Shown here: in pieces, positions 1 through 11,967 of the stretch
Layout: every line of letters starts with the position of its first letter
Numbering within the stretch: the first letter of the stretch is position 1
Source of the DNA: Negaprion brevirostris
Taxonomy: Eukaryota
Reading direction: 5' to 3'
Length of the DNA stretch: 64,000 nt
Assembly: GCA_030324005.1 (NCBI GenBank)
Contig: JARDVH010000124.1
Span: forward strand, 17,795,323 to 17,859,322
Notes under the pieces: model-generated
The model's input: only the letters and a program-made list of their open reading frames with translations
Databases searched by the model: none
Told to the model about the DNA's origin: nothing
Position numbers and translations under genes: made by a program

Positions 1-7
1 AACATAA

Positions 8-79
8 TAAGAAGCCTCACAACACCAGGTTAAAGTCCAACACCTGTTGGACCTTAACCTGGTGTTGTGAGACTTCTTA
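8..79. mobile_element. Inverted pair of Penelope-like element termini forming a 35-bp hairpin
   Basis: Arms 8-42 and 45-79 are reverse complements (33/35). The same sequence recurs at ~62900-62933 downstream of a hammerhead-like core. Confidence 0.65.
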
Positions 80-439
80 CAGTGCTATGCTGCCAACCTC
101 TTGGATGGGAATAGGCCCCATCCCTATTTACCAGACGGAATCACGCTAGGGCACTCTGTGATGCACAGAGTGTCAGAGAATCACCCTGGTAAATATGCTA
201 AAGGAAACCAGTGGGATTTACTCCCATTTTCCTGTACATTGTGCACTTTAAATTTTTTTAGGAGAATCTTTTTAGGAGAAAAGAATAAAGGGGGCCTTCT
301 GTAAAAACGGGCAGTTCAGTTCAGAAGTAGATGTGTTTGTGCTTGTATTCTTTATTCTTTAGAAGTGACAAAACCTATAATTGCCTGAAGTGGAAATTTT
401 AATCTTTATGATAAATAATTTATTTAGGTTAAACTTACT

Positions 440-510
440 TTCTCAAGTGTCAGTGCAGACCTGATGGGCCGAAGGGCTTCTTCTGCACTGTATGATTCTG
501 TGATTCTGTA
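440..510 (+). mobile_element. CR1-type LINE/SINE 3' tail fragment
   Basis: gtgcagacctgatgggccgaagggcttcttctgcactgtatgattctgtgattct matches the tails of the V-SINE copies at 14770-14826 and 43900-43958. Confidence 0.7.
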
Positions 511-730
511 TATTGCAAAGATAATGTTTATAACAGGCAAAATAGCCTTAGCAATCGGACACACATTTTCAGCATGGTGCTAAGTCAGTGTAAAATTTCT
601 AGTTAACTTGTCATGTCATGGCTCTGATCAATTCTGTAAACTGAACAATTGAGGGGTTCAGTAGGTAACTGAAAGGTTAAATGTTCTTATACATATGCTT
701 TAGTGCTGAACTCTTATATAGGATCCTCAT

Positions 731-1722
731 TGTTATAATCCAGGTCAGAAACTCCAAAGTGTTCTATGAAGTCTATCTGGATAAGTTTTGCAAGTTGAAT
801 TTGGCTAGCGTAAGCATGAGATTCAGGCACTTCAGGTGTGATTCAAATGAACCACAAGGGAGCTTTTATCAAATAAAGTTTAAAAATACAGTTCACGTAT
901 AACAATAAATTTTTCCAATTACAAACAAGAAAAAAGATAACCATGATATTGTATAAACCTTAACAACTAAATGCAATTTTCCAGCTAAACAAACTTCCCT
1001 ATAAATATACATTTTTTATTCATTCATGGGACAGCATTTATTGCCCATCCCTAATTGCCCAGGGACAGTTGAGAGTCAACCACATTGCTGCGGGTCAGGA
1101 GTCCCATGTAGATGAGACTCCCTAAAGGACATAAGTGAACCAGATGGGTGTTTCCGACAATTGTTTCAGGATCATCAATAGATTTTTAATTTCAAATTTT
1201 ATTTTTAATTGAATTCAAAGCCCACCTTCAGCCTTGGTAGGATTTGCACCTGAATCCTCAGGACATCAGTCAAGTTCCTGTATTAACAGACTAGTGATAA
1301 TACCACTAGGCCATTGCCTCCTGCTACAGATTTAATACAGAAAATAAAGCTGCTCATGTGATGCTGAAACTTACTCCTTTGGTAGGAGAATGGTATTTCT
1401 GACTTTCCAGCCTTGTAACTTCCAGTAGACCTCGAGGGAGAGATAATGCCACTGCCGGCCTCTAGCTTTTAGCCAGCAAACCACTGCAACAGATAGAATT
1501 CTCACTTCAGGAAGGCAAGACTTACTTCCAGCCAGCCAGCAGAATCTATAATACCAGGGAGAGAAAGAGAAAACCTGCTATCCAGCCTAAAGTAAAAACA
1601 CCTTCTAAACAAAAATCAGCAGCTGGCAGCCCCAGACTGAAAGTGAAAGAGCTGCTGTCACCTGACCTGTCAATCATTCTTTCTCCAATACTTCAGGGTC
1701 ATAAAAAATCCTGGACACTATA
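731..1722. mobile_element. Putative decayed solo LTR (interrupted by the SINE at 1012-1321)
   Basis: Starts TGTTATAATC and ends GGACACTATA, like 11968-13147 (TGTTATGATC...GGCCACTACA). Shares internal words (acYacaagg; gtcacMtga). Confidence 0.35.
1012..1321 (-). mobile_element. tRNA-derived SINE (family C) with a tail shared with the LINE at 60770-61216
   Basis: Minus strand begins GGAGGCAATGGCCTAGTGGTA (Pol III A box) with a B-box-like GGTGCAAATCC, and ends GGGCAATTAGGGATGGGCAATAAATGCTG..CCCATGAATGAATAAAAAA. Confidence 0.8.
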
Positions 1723-2671
1723 TGAGGCCCAGAGTAGGAACGAACAAAGCCCCACTTAATCTATTGAAGCAGCAATAAAAAGGTAGCTGGTGCCACAGTG
1801 AAAAAAAACTGTTTACAAACTGATGAGAATATGATTTAAAAGAAAAACATATTTCTAATAGGTACGGTAACATCACACCATGAAACTTCTCAAATTTGGA
1901 AGAATGATGCAAAGGGAAACATACATGACCCTTCTGATTGCTGTAAGTCTGGTCCTCAATAGAACTGTTCATAAATATTCAGAGGAGAGATTAATTTATT
2001 CACTTTTTACTTCACCTGTACAAGAGACTATGGTGACTGGAGAGAACAGATGTGACCTGAACAGGACTAAATAATCTATACCCCTAAGCGTTTGCTTCTG
2101 TTGGACAATTGCAAATTCAGTTAGGGCTAAACCCTTGTAAGCACTGACCTTCTGAATTCCACTTGACATATAGAAGCTCCTAATACCCACTATGAACTTT
2201 ACAGGTGATATTGTAGGTACCTATCCTGGGTGAGTGATTAGATTGTAGTTCACTCAGAATACTTTGAGAACGTCAGTGAGTTCTCACATCATGCTGTCAT
2301 CTGTAGCCAGCTGATCCTTTGTATTTACCTAAGTTTCACAAATGTTTAAGTCTGTAATCATAACCTTCAAGTGATGCAAGAGAAACATACATTTGTTCAA
2401 ATTACTCTCAAACCAGTTATTGATCATCCAATTTGTTCTCTATCACTGGATTTTATATCCAACTGGAAGAAGCTTATTCCCAAAATAAACTGAATTTACA
2501 GTGATTTACAGATTTCAGTGGTACTGAATACAAGAATAGCCTTTATGTTGTAATTATATAATGCAATTCATTCACACATTTAATGTTGTCCCAAGGTAGG
2601 AAGAAATTAAAATTCTCTCCTATTGACACAATGTCCTCAGGAAATCTTTGGATGCAGAAAATACATGGTAT

Positions 2672-3278
2672 TACATACGAACAAATGAACATATGAAATA
2701 GGAGCAGCATAAGGAGGCCTCTCGAGCCTGCTTCATCATTCAATAAGATCATTTTGTGTTAAGTTCCACATTTCCCGTCTACCCCCAATGACCTTTGATT
2801 GCTTGCCTAACAAGAATCTACTTCTGCCTTAAAGATATTAAATGACCCTCGTCTCCATCGCCTCCTGTCATAGAGAGTTTCAGAGTTACACATCATTCTG
2901 AGAGAAGCAATTTCTCCTTGGGCACGATTTTACAGCCTTGTTCATCCCAAAACTATAAAATCCTGCCCGAGGTCAACAGACCTTTCCATGGTCCACCTCT
3001 CACCCGCTTCGATTCCCGTGGTAGGCAGGATGGTAAAAATCCGACCCTTATCTCTGTCCTAAAAGAGCAACCCCAAGTTTTAAAAAAGTACCCCCTAGTT
3101 TTGGATGCACCCAGAAAAAGAAATTTCCTTTCCAAGTCCACCTTGTCAATACCACTCAGGATCTTTTTACTTCAAGCAAGTCGTCCCTTCTAAACACCAA
3201 TGGGAAGAAACCCAATCTGTCTAATCTTTCATCATATGATATCCCACTCATTGCAGGTATCAAATGAGTAAACCATTG
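2672..3278 (-). mobile_element. CR1 LINE 3' fragment interrupted by a MITE
   Basis: Decayed CR1 ORF2 C-terminus (LIPAMSGISYDERLDRLGFFPL) plus a CR1 3' UTR with short terminal repeats. Confidence 0.8.
2920..3046. mobile_element. MITE (PIF/Harbinger-type), copy 1
   Basis: Imperfect 14-bp TIRs GGGCACGATTTTAC / GTAAAAATCCGACC, a 3-bp TSD (CTT/CTT), and similarity along its length to 3987-4111. Confidence 0.7.
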
Positions 3279-3986
3279 TGACTTTGAACACAGTGGGTCA
3301 AGACCAAATGTGGACCTCAGGTAAAATGCATCGACCATACAGAAAGGACATACATACAGAGGTGATGCCATCCCTGTTCTGCTTTTATTTTACATTTCTC
3401 TTATTCATTGCCCTATTTACATTGATAATTGAAACTGTTTATGTAAAGATGTCACACACAATTGCATTCTTCTACCAGTGGTGATGTTGTTGATCTCCAT
3501 TGAAGGGAGAGGGTAATTGTGGTTTGACAAGTTTACATAGACAGTTAGGAAACAGAAATGTTAACAGAAAATTTGTACTCACCACCATTTCACATCTGAA
3601 AAATGGGTGTGTGTAGATTAGAGGTGGGGGGAAGGGGGGGTGGGGTGGGGTGCAATTTGGTCATCCCATTGATGTCCCAGGACCAGCAACCAGCAAATGC
3701 AATTTGCTAGATGGGCCTATAAATTGGCTAGGAGCTTCAAGGCCAATTTCCAGGTCCAGACCCTTTGGCAGTGGTTCTCAGTGGGCACTAGGCATCTGAA
3801 AATCTTAGCGTTCACTTTAACAGCACAGGCAAATTCAAAACCTACCTGAGCTCCAAGAGGAAACTCAGTATTAGCTCCTTCAAATGGCATCATTTGTATA
3901 GCCAGCACAAGTGTATCGCACCTGCAAGCGCAATTCACCAAAATCTAACCTAGTGGACCACCCAGAAGAGGCATAGCGGAATGATT

Positions 3987-4111
3987 GGGCAGGATTTTAC
4001 AGCCTCGCTCGAGCGAGACCGGAAATTCCCGCTTGAGATCAACAGAGATTTCCATTGTTGGACCCTTACCCACTCCAATTCCATTGCGAGCAAGATGGTA
4101 GAATTCCAGCG
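3987..4111. mobile_element. MITE (PIF/Harbinger-type), copy 2
   Basis: TIRs GGGCAGGATTTTAC / GTAGAATTCCAGCG, TSD ATT/ATT, and a shared core (gaGRtcaacaga..tttccat). Confidence 0.7.
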
Positions 4112-4454
4112 ATTATGTTTTCAGAATAAGATTATCAATCCCCTCTGGGCAACATTTGGGATCTCTGCTCTGTTCATAATTGAACTTAGAGAAAACATGG
4201 AAGCTACCTCAAGCATTAATGTTGGGGTTGCAGATTGAAGATGTGCACATGGCCAGGGCTTTCAGAATTTGAAAGGTTACAACAAATGAGATGAAGTTCA
4301 GGCAGAGCCAGATTGTTCCCCAAATGTCCACTGTCCCCTGCTCAGGCAGGGTCCTCATAAGCCCCAGAAAAATCAGAACGAAGATTTTTGATGTATTCCT
4401 TATTCATATCCTGCACATAACAAGGCAGAATTATAGGGTGAAGGTATCATACAA

Positions 4455-5062
4455 TTTCTACAGTACAGAATGATGCTATTCAGCCCATCAAATCTGCACC
4501 AACTCTCCGATACAGCATCTGACCCAGATCCAATCCCAATAATGCCACATATTTACCCTGATAATCCTAACCCAAACCATCTAAGGGGCAGTTTGGCACA
4601 GCCAATCCTGCATATCTTTGCAGTTTTAACATTTAAATTTTATGTATTGGTCTCATAAGTAGGCTTACATTAACACTGTGAAAAGTTACTGCGAAAAATC
4701 CTCCAGTTGCCAGACTGGCACCTGTTCGGGTACACTGAGCGAAAATTTAGCATGGCCAATACACCTAGACAGCACGTCTTTCGGACTGTGGGAAGAAATG
4801 GGATTATCCGGGGGAAACCCACACAAACACAGGGAGAATGTGCAAACTCCACACAGACAGTGATACAAGCCAAGAATCAAACCCTGATCCCTGACACTGT
4901 GAGGCAGCAATGTTAACCACTGTGAAACTGGAACACCCGTAAAAAACACACACACAAACATGAGGAGAATGTGCAAACTCTACACAGTCACCCAAGGCCA
5001 GGATTGAACCCCAGTGCCTGACGCTGTGAGGCAGAAGTTCTAACCACTGTGCCACCATGCCA
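4455..5062 (-). mobile_element. HE1/V-SINE-like tail-A copy (4455-4620 + 4926-5062) with a nested tail-B SINE (4622-4925)
   Basis: tRNA-like heads (TGGCACAGTGGTTAG..GGTTCAATCC) and V-domain (GTGGAGTTTGCACATTCTCCC). The outer copy breaks at CATATCTTTG and resumes at AAACTGGAACACCCG. Confidence 0.8.
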
Positions 5063-5469
5063 ATCCTTCTGGATTAGGAAATGCAGATATAATTTAGTTC
5101 CCAATTTCTGTTCTTATATTGTGTTTCCATTATGAGCTTACTATGCTCCATCCATAATGGAAACTGCTTATGTGAACTTTTCATGCTGTAATTATACACT
5201 TCAGCCAATGGTGGTGAGCAGAAAGACAAGTTTACATGGACATTCTCCGTTGTGATTGTGAAAAAATTATGATGAAAAAGGTTGACAAGAAATGCATTCA
5301 GATTTAAAGGTGAAATTTTAACTTACTCTGTCTGGCAGAAGGAGGTGGTGGTGAAATGATGAAAAAAGCAATGGACCTTTCCACCTTTTTCATATCTGTT
5401 ACCATTCTTTCTTTGACCTGCTGCTAGCCAATGCACCCACCTTACTCAGATAGTAGCCTCATTAAGAAT

Positions 5470-5723
5470 CCCGACCAGGTCCTATGCCCGTAACCCCACG
5501 TATTTACCCTGCTAAGCTCCCTGACACTAAGTGGCATTTTTTTATTTCACGGCCTAACAACTTAATCACATATCTTTGGACTATGGGAGAAAACTGGAGC
5601 ATCTGGAGGAAACGCACACAGACACAAGGAGAACACGAAAACTCAGCACAGACAATCTCCCGAGGCCAAAATTGAACCCAAGACCCTGTGAGACAGCAGT
5701 GCTAACCACTGTGCCACCGTGCC
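5470..5723 (-). mobile_element. HE1/V-SINE-like element
   Basis: Head GGCACGGTGGCACAGTGGTTAGCACTGCTG plus V-domain on the minus strand. Confidence 0.85.
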
Positions 5724-5732
5724 TCCATATTT

Positions 5733-5825
5733 GGTAAGGGTCTGGAGTCACATGTAGGCCAGACCAGGATTCTCTAAAGGGCATTCGTGAACCAGATTGG
5801 TTTTATGATAATCATTAGACTTTAG
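5733..5825 (-). mobile_element. SINE family C internal fragment
   Basis: gggtctggagtcacatgtaggccagaccagg...gaaccagattgg matches 1090-1150 and 63925-64000. Confidence 0.7.
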
Positions 5826-6084
5826 GATTTGGTAAACCAGATCGGATTGTTAGTGATACTGATTCATAATTTACGTCACAAGAGTTTGAGGATTATCTCA
5901 AAGTAAATTGGATTCAGCATATTAAATGCACAGTTTATCATCTATCAACCTATGGATTAGCTAAAAAATTCATACAATCCTTGAAATATTTTTGAAAGAG
6001 TCAGGAGAACAAAATTAATTATTACATTGTGTGAATAGCATTTTAGCATCTTATAAAAACACTACTCTTGCAACCACCCAAAGT

Positions 6085-6246
6085 TCCCCTACTTTTCTAC
6101 TCTTGAAGAGAAAGTTGAGATCTTAATATCAAATAGTCTCCCCCATATCTTTGGATTATGAGCCCTGGTTCTGGATGCCCTGGCAGAAATATCCTTCCTG
6201 CATCTCCCCTGTCTAGTTCTACTAGAATTTCATAGGTTTCTATGGG
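6085..6246 (-). mobile_element. CR1 LINE fragment
   Basis: Resembles the CR1 segments at 3060-3180 and 18720-18860. Confidence 0.55.
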
Positions 6247-6361
6247 ATTTCCTGGAACTGGAACTGAGATGACTGACCTCCAAGAAAACAGCCATCTTCC
6301 TTTGTGCCTGGTATGACTCCAACAACAGCAAACTTTCCCCTGATTTTCATTGACTTGAGTT

Positions 6362-6850
6362 TTAGAACCATAGAATTCCTACAGTGCAGAGAGAGGCCAC
6401 CCAACCCATTGAGACTGCACCAACTCTCTGAATCAGCATTGCACCAAAGCCCTCCCCTCCATCCTATCCCCATAACTCTACGCATTTAGCATGGCTAATT
6501 CGGGTAACCTACACATCTTTGGACACTGAGGGGACACTTGGGATGGCACAATAACAGTGGTTAGCACTGCTGCTTCACAGCACCAAGGACCTGGGTTCAA
6601 TTCCCACTTGGGTCACTGTCTCTGTGGAGTTTGCATGTTCTCCCTATGTCTGTATTGGTTTCCTCCAGTTTCTTNNNNNNNNNNNNNNNNNNNNNNNNNN
6701 NNNNNNNNNNNNNNNNNNNNNNNNNNNGCCTGGCTGTAACAACTAGGGTGATTTCACAGTAACTTCACTGCAGTGTTAATGTAAGCCTTACTTGTGACTA
6801 ATAAATAACTTTTAACTTCAGCGTGGCTGATACACCACATCTTTGGACTG
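6362..6850. mobile_element. Tail-A V-SINE remnant (-) with a nested tail-B SINE (+, 6541-6819)
   Basis: The minus-strand tail-A sequence ends at GGACACTGAGGGGACACT and resumes CAGCGTGGCTGAT..CATCTTTGGACTG after the plus-strand SINE, which ends AATAAATAACTTTTAACTT. Confidence 0.75.
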
Positions 6851-7199
6851 ACACACAATACTAACTGACACCTTGTCTGGCCATCAGCCCAGGACCAGAT
6901 AATGAACTTGTACTAATTAATGATAAGATTTTGCATGACAATGTACACCATGAGCTGGTATCGTATTCTAAACGTATCTGGTATAATCTCTCCCAGTAGT
7001 GTTCTACTCACACTCAAGCACTGTACAAGGTCCTGATGGATGAGTTAATGACTGAAGATGCTCAATTTAACAGTGGGATTCAGCCATTGTTGGCACCCCA
7101 GTCCTGGGAAAAGAAACATGGTCAAAATCCAATTAGTAAATGATGCCGCCACCACATTTAATGGGGGAACATCAACAATGAATTGCTAGGATTCCATGA

Positions 7200-8460
7200 T
7201 ACCATACTCGGCCAAATGCTGCCTTGATCTCACCTCTAGAATTCAGCCCTATTGTCCATGTTTGAACCAAGGCTAGGATTAAGTAAGGAGCAGAGTGGTG
7301 GAACCCAAACTGAATATCAGTGAGCAGGTTATTGCTAAACAAGTATCACGTGATAGCACTGTTGATGACCCCATTCATCACTTTACTGATGATTGAGAGT
7401 AGATTGATGGGGCAGTAATTGGCCAGATTGGATTTGTTCTCCTTGTGTACTGAACATACTTGAGCAATTTTCCACATTGCTGGGTGGTTGCCAGTGATAT
7501 AGTTGTACTGGAATAGCTTGGCTAGGGGCACAGCCAGTTCTGGACCACAAGTCTTCAGGACTATTGCTGGAATATTGTTAGGGCCCATAGCTTTTGCAGT
7601 ATCCAGTGTCTTCAGTGGAGGAGACCCAGGTGCATCATCCATGATGCATTTCTGGCTAAAGTTAATTGCAATTGTTTCAGCCTTATCTTTTGTACTGATA
7701 TGCTGGACACCCCATCATTGAGTAGGGGGCTATTTGTGGAGCCCCTTCCAGTGAGTAACTTAATTGTCCACCAACATTCATGGCTGAATGTGGAAGAACT
7801 GCAGAGCTTAGATCTGATCTATTGGTTGTGGAATCACTTACCTCTGTCTATTACTTGCTGCTTACATTGTTTGATTGCAAGTATTCCTGTTTTCTAACTT
7901 CAGCAGGTTGACATCTCTTTTTGTAGGTATGCTTGGTGCTGTTTCTGACAAGCCCTTCTATGCTCTACATTGCGCCATTCCCGACTTTGTGGTAATGATA
8001 GAATGGGGGATATGTTGGGTCGTGAGGTTACAGATTATGATTCAGTACAATTTTGCTGTGGCTAATGGCCCATGCCTAATCTTGAGTTGCTAGATCTGTT
8101 TGAAATCTAGATCATTTAGCACAGTGGTAGTGCCACACAACATGATGGAGGATATCCTCAATGTGAAGATGGGACTTTGTCTCCACAAGAACTCTGCAGT
8201 GATTATTCCTACCAATACTGTCATGGATGGATGCATATTCAGCAGGCAGGTTGCTGAGGATGAGAGCAAATACATTTTTCCCTCATGTTGTTTCCCTCAC
8301 TATCTGTCACAGACCCAGTCTAGCAGTTACATCCTTTAGGTCTTGCCCCACTTGGTCATTAATAGCAGCTCATTGACCCACACATTGATGGATTTTGAGG
8401 TCCCACACCCACAGTACATTCTGCACCCTTGCCACTTCTAAGATGTATTCACCATGGAGG
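7200..8460 (-). mobile_element. Decayed non-LTR retrotransposon ORF2 (CR1/L2 group), endonuclease-to-RT region
   Basis: ORF 7346-7642 has KAMGPNNIPAIVLKTCGPELAVPLAKLFQ..WKIAQV.SVHK...NYCPINLLSIISKVM, the canonical pre-RT motif. Flanking frames are broken. Confidence 0.85.
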
Positions 8461-8999
8461 ATAATGATTCAACAGTGGAGGAGGGAGGAGTGCGCATGTT
8501 TGATCTGACACTAACAAAAAAGCCCTGAGTGAAGAATTGATGCTAGGAGAATGATAACTTGAAAAGATGATTCCTGACTCTTATTTTGNNNNNNNNNNCA
8601 GATGCAATGCAGTTCCCACAAGTGGCCTTTGCTGTTGGTTTTGAATTGTCAACAGATAAATATCCCAAGCCAATGGAGTAGAACACTGGAGTGAAAGAAT
8701 GGCCAAGTGTCCAGGCTTCATGGTGTCTCCAATGAAAGGAGAGACCTCCAACTGTGGGCACTTTGAAATTGAACAGAATATTGAATTTCACATCCATGTT
8801 CACATCAGTAACAGACCCCATATGCATTACCTATGTTGGCCTTGACATTTAATAATGTCTTGCACAAAGATTTTGTCATGGTGCAGTCTGACATTGTTGT
8901 ATTAAACATTATTTAAATATTATGGCTTCTTTCTTTTTTTACATGCATTCACCTTCATCAACACCAATTAAGATACTTTGGTTGAGTTAATGTCCTGTC

Positions 9000-9212
9000 A
9001 CACCTGCTGTAGGTGGGACAGAACATACCCAGTAGTGGTGACGGTGGTGTCTGGGACATTATCCGTAAGATTAGCGAGTGAAACAGCTCTCCTGATTTTG
9101 GCACACAACCCCAGATGTTAGTGAAGAGGCTTTGCAGGATTGGCAAGGCTGAGTTTCCCATTATCCTTGCTGGTGCCTAGGTCAATGCCGCTTGGTCCAT
9201 CCGGTTTCGTTC
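9000..9212 (-). mobile_element. Same LINE family, endonuclease N-terminal fragment
   Basis: ORF 8958-9161 (LQSLFTNIWGCVPKSGEL) resembles an APE domain start (N.RGL..K..EL). Confidence 0.5.
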
Positions 9213-9639
9213 CTGGGTAGTAAAATGTTGAACAACAGCCCAGTAATCCATCTGGTGGTCAGGCATTACTCATTCTATGTGATAAATTATTTTAAATTGT
9301 CTTGAAGTGTGTGGTGAACAGCTAAAAGCAAGAAGAACTACTATACAGTAGCTGTAAATGAAGAGTTTGATTTTAACAAATTACAGTCTCAAGCAACTTA
9401 CTTGTGAGAGTAGACAAGCCTCAAGGAACCATCTAATCCCAAACACATGACAAAACACCAACCCCTAGCAAACAACTTGTACCCTTTCCCCAGCAAATGT
9501 ACGAGTCTGAAATAGCTTGTTGTCATATTTGATCCCAAGTTAAGCTACTAACCATATATTCAAACATTTGCTAAGACTGCCCATTTCCACCTTGTATCAT
9601 TCTCAAACTCTGTCTGTGCCTTAGTTCAACTGTTGCTGC

Positions 9640-9965
9640 AGCCTGATGGTGGGGGAGTCCAGTACCAGGGGCCATTGTCTCAGGTGAACTGAGGTGAAGA
9701 GAAATATCATCACCCAGAGAGTGATGGGTCTGTGGGATTCTCTACCACAGAAAGTAGTTGAGGCCAAAATGTTGGATGTTTTCAAGAAAGAGTTACATAC
9801 AGCACTTGGGACAAAAGGGATCAAAGGGTACGGGGTGGGGGGGGGTGGGTGGGCAAGACCTGGCTATTCACTTGGATGACCATCAAAGATCATACTGATT
9901 GGTGGGGCAGACTCAAGGGACTGAATAGCTTACTGCAGCTCCTATTTTCTATGTTTCTATGTTGC
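9640..9965 (+). mobile_element. CR1 LINE 3' end
   Basis: RNIITQRVMGLWDSLPQKVVEA..LDVFKKEL..GIKGYG is the CR1 ORF2 C-terminus; ends in (TTTCTATG)n. Confidence 0.85.
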
Positions 9966-9989
9966 ATTCAAGGCTAGGTGATTTTAACA

Positions 9990-10135
9990 TACTCCTGGAA
10001 GACTGCCTTTTTGTTACCAGTCCTAATAGCTTTGATATCAGTCAGTGTCATATCTTGTCTTGTAATCCTCATGTGAAGCATGTCGGAATATTGCATTATG
10101 GTCAAGACACTATATAAATATTGGTTGCTGTTGTC
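9990..10135 (+). mobile_element. Old L2-like LINE 3' tail
   Basis: gtgaagca..gga..ttgcattatg..aagacactatataaata..ttgctgttg resembles the L2-type tail; a related relic lies at 46180-46290. Confidence 0.45.
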
Positions 10136-11099
10136 GAATCTTCTTGATGTCAGTTACACCTGTGCAATGCCTTTTATCCACCAAAAACATTGAGGAAAAT
10201 TGACTTTAGCACAATGTACTAGAGTCTATTAAATTCCCCAATCTCTTGGATTAACAATGACATAACAATGCCATAGGTGCGACAAACAATAAGGAATTCA
10301 GGGCTTCTGTTTTAGTCTGGTTAACCTCATACTTCAATGATCAAAGAAATTTTGAAATTCAGGTATTGAGGTAGGAAGCTAAAATTCACAACTTAAACAT
10401 TAACTTGTTATTAGATTGAATGCAAAACAGCTTATTAGCTCAGAAGTTCAAATAAACAGTAAACTGCGGAAATTGTACAATCATTGATGCCTATTAAGTG
10501 CATAGGGCCAAAGATAAAATATTTCGGAACTTGCATGTTTGCCTTTGATTATGCTAGATCACTTGGCAGAGAGTAATCGGTTCTATGTACCTTTTGATTG
10601 CTCTTGAATTCAGTTGCTTTTGGCTTTTAGCAACGTCTTAGACTGAAAGAGGTGTACCAGTGTATGAATAATAAACATCTAGCAAATGAATGAAGTAAAT
10701 ATTGTGGCTGTGTGGAATTTGTAATGTTAAACCCATACTAAAACTTAGTTGTATTGGTTACTTAATGTTCAGTCATAATGCTAACATTGGCTACAAAACA
10801 ATAGGCTATATAAACTTGCATTCTCAGATTTGAAATGTCACAAATACATTTGGGTTTAATTGTATCTGTTACCATTTTGTGTAAATTGGTCTTTTTTTGC
10901 TCAAAAATGTTCAGTGCAAATACCTTACAGCTACTGTTCTTGTGATAGTTTTGTTATCTAAGACAGTTGAGGAAAATCAAATATTAAATGTACATCATAG
11001 AATAAAAACACTGAGCCTAAATGGTTTGGTTAATCTAATGGCATAATTGCACTACTATTCTTTAATCAGTGCTATATATCTAGACCACAAATAACCGTT

Positions 11100-11417
11100 G
11101 TTTTAAGTTTATTGATTAGTGTCACAAGTAGGTTTACACTGCAAATCAACACTGCAATGAAGTTACTGTGAAAATCCCCTACCGGCAACACTCCAGCGTC
11201 TGTTCGGGTACGTTGAGGGAGAATTTAGCATGACCAATGCAACTCACTAGCACATCTTTCGGACAGTGGGAGGAGACTGGAGCATTTGGAGGAAACCCAC
11301 ACAAACACGGGGAGAATATGCAAACTCTGCACAGACAGTGACCCCAAACTGGAAGTAAACCCGGGTTCCTGGTGTTGTGAGGCAGCAGTGCTAACCACTG
11401 TGCCACTATGACGCCCC
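11100..11417 (-). mobile_element. V-SINE tail-B, near full length
   Basis: tRNA head + V-domain + tail GGGGATTTTCACAGTAACTTCATTGCAGTG..CTACTTGTGACACTAATCAATAAACTTAAAA. Confidence 0.9.
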
Positions 11418-11967
11418 ATTGTTTTAATGTGCAGGTTTAAATTTTAGAGCGCATATTTTCCTATTAATGGATAGGAGTATTGGGCCCATTTGGTCATATT
11501 GAAGGTCTCTACTCTGCAGCTTGATTTACTGAGCCTCCAGAATGTTGCTCACGTTGGCCTTTCAACCAATGCAGTTCTTCATACTAACGCAGATACCAGT
11601 CGTATAGAAAGCATTCAAATTCAGAATTTAGGATGGAAGTTTAAATTACATTAGACTGGGAATAGTCTTCAGCAATTAAGATCAACTCTAGATCAATGCA
11701 TGCATGCATGATGTAGATCCAAGTATAGATTGTCCATGTACCATTTGCAAGGAATCTATGATTATACAATCTCAAAAGCTTGATCTGAGCAATAGCACCT
11801 TCCCAATTGTCCATTTTGTAATAGTTTCTTTAAAAGTCATCAGATTAATAATTGTAGCAGCATTTTTAAGCCAGTTGAATAAAATCTCACTTCTGATGTC
11901 TACTGGTTATTTGTCATTGCATTAAATTCCAGAATGAAGAATTCCTTGCATCACACTATAACAGTGT

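Noticed and set aside
4670-5058. Recurrent 60-97 aa ORFs (MAQWLALLPH.., HCLCGVCTFSPCL..) here and at 11179, 12397, 14470, 43319
   Set aside because: Chance translations of V-SINE copies, not a gene family.
8600-8850. Faint similarity to a Harbinger (HARBI1-like) transposase C-terminus
   Set aside because: Needs several frameshifts to see; not supportable without an alignment.
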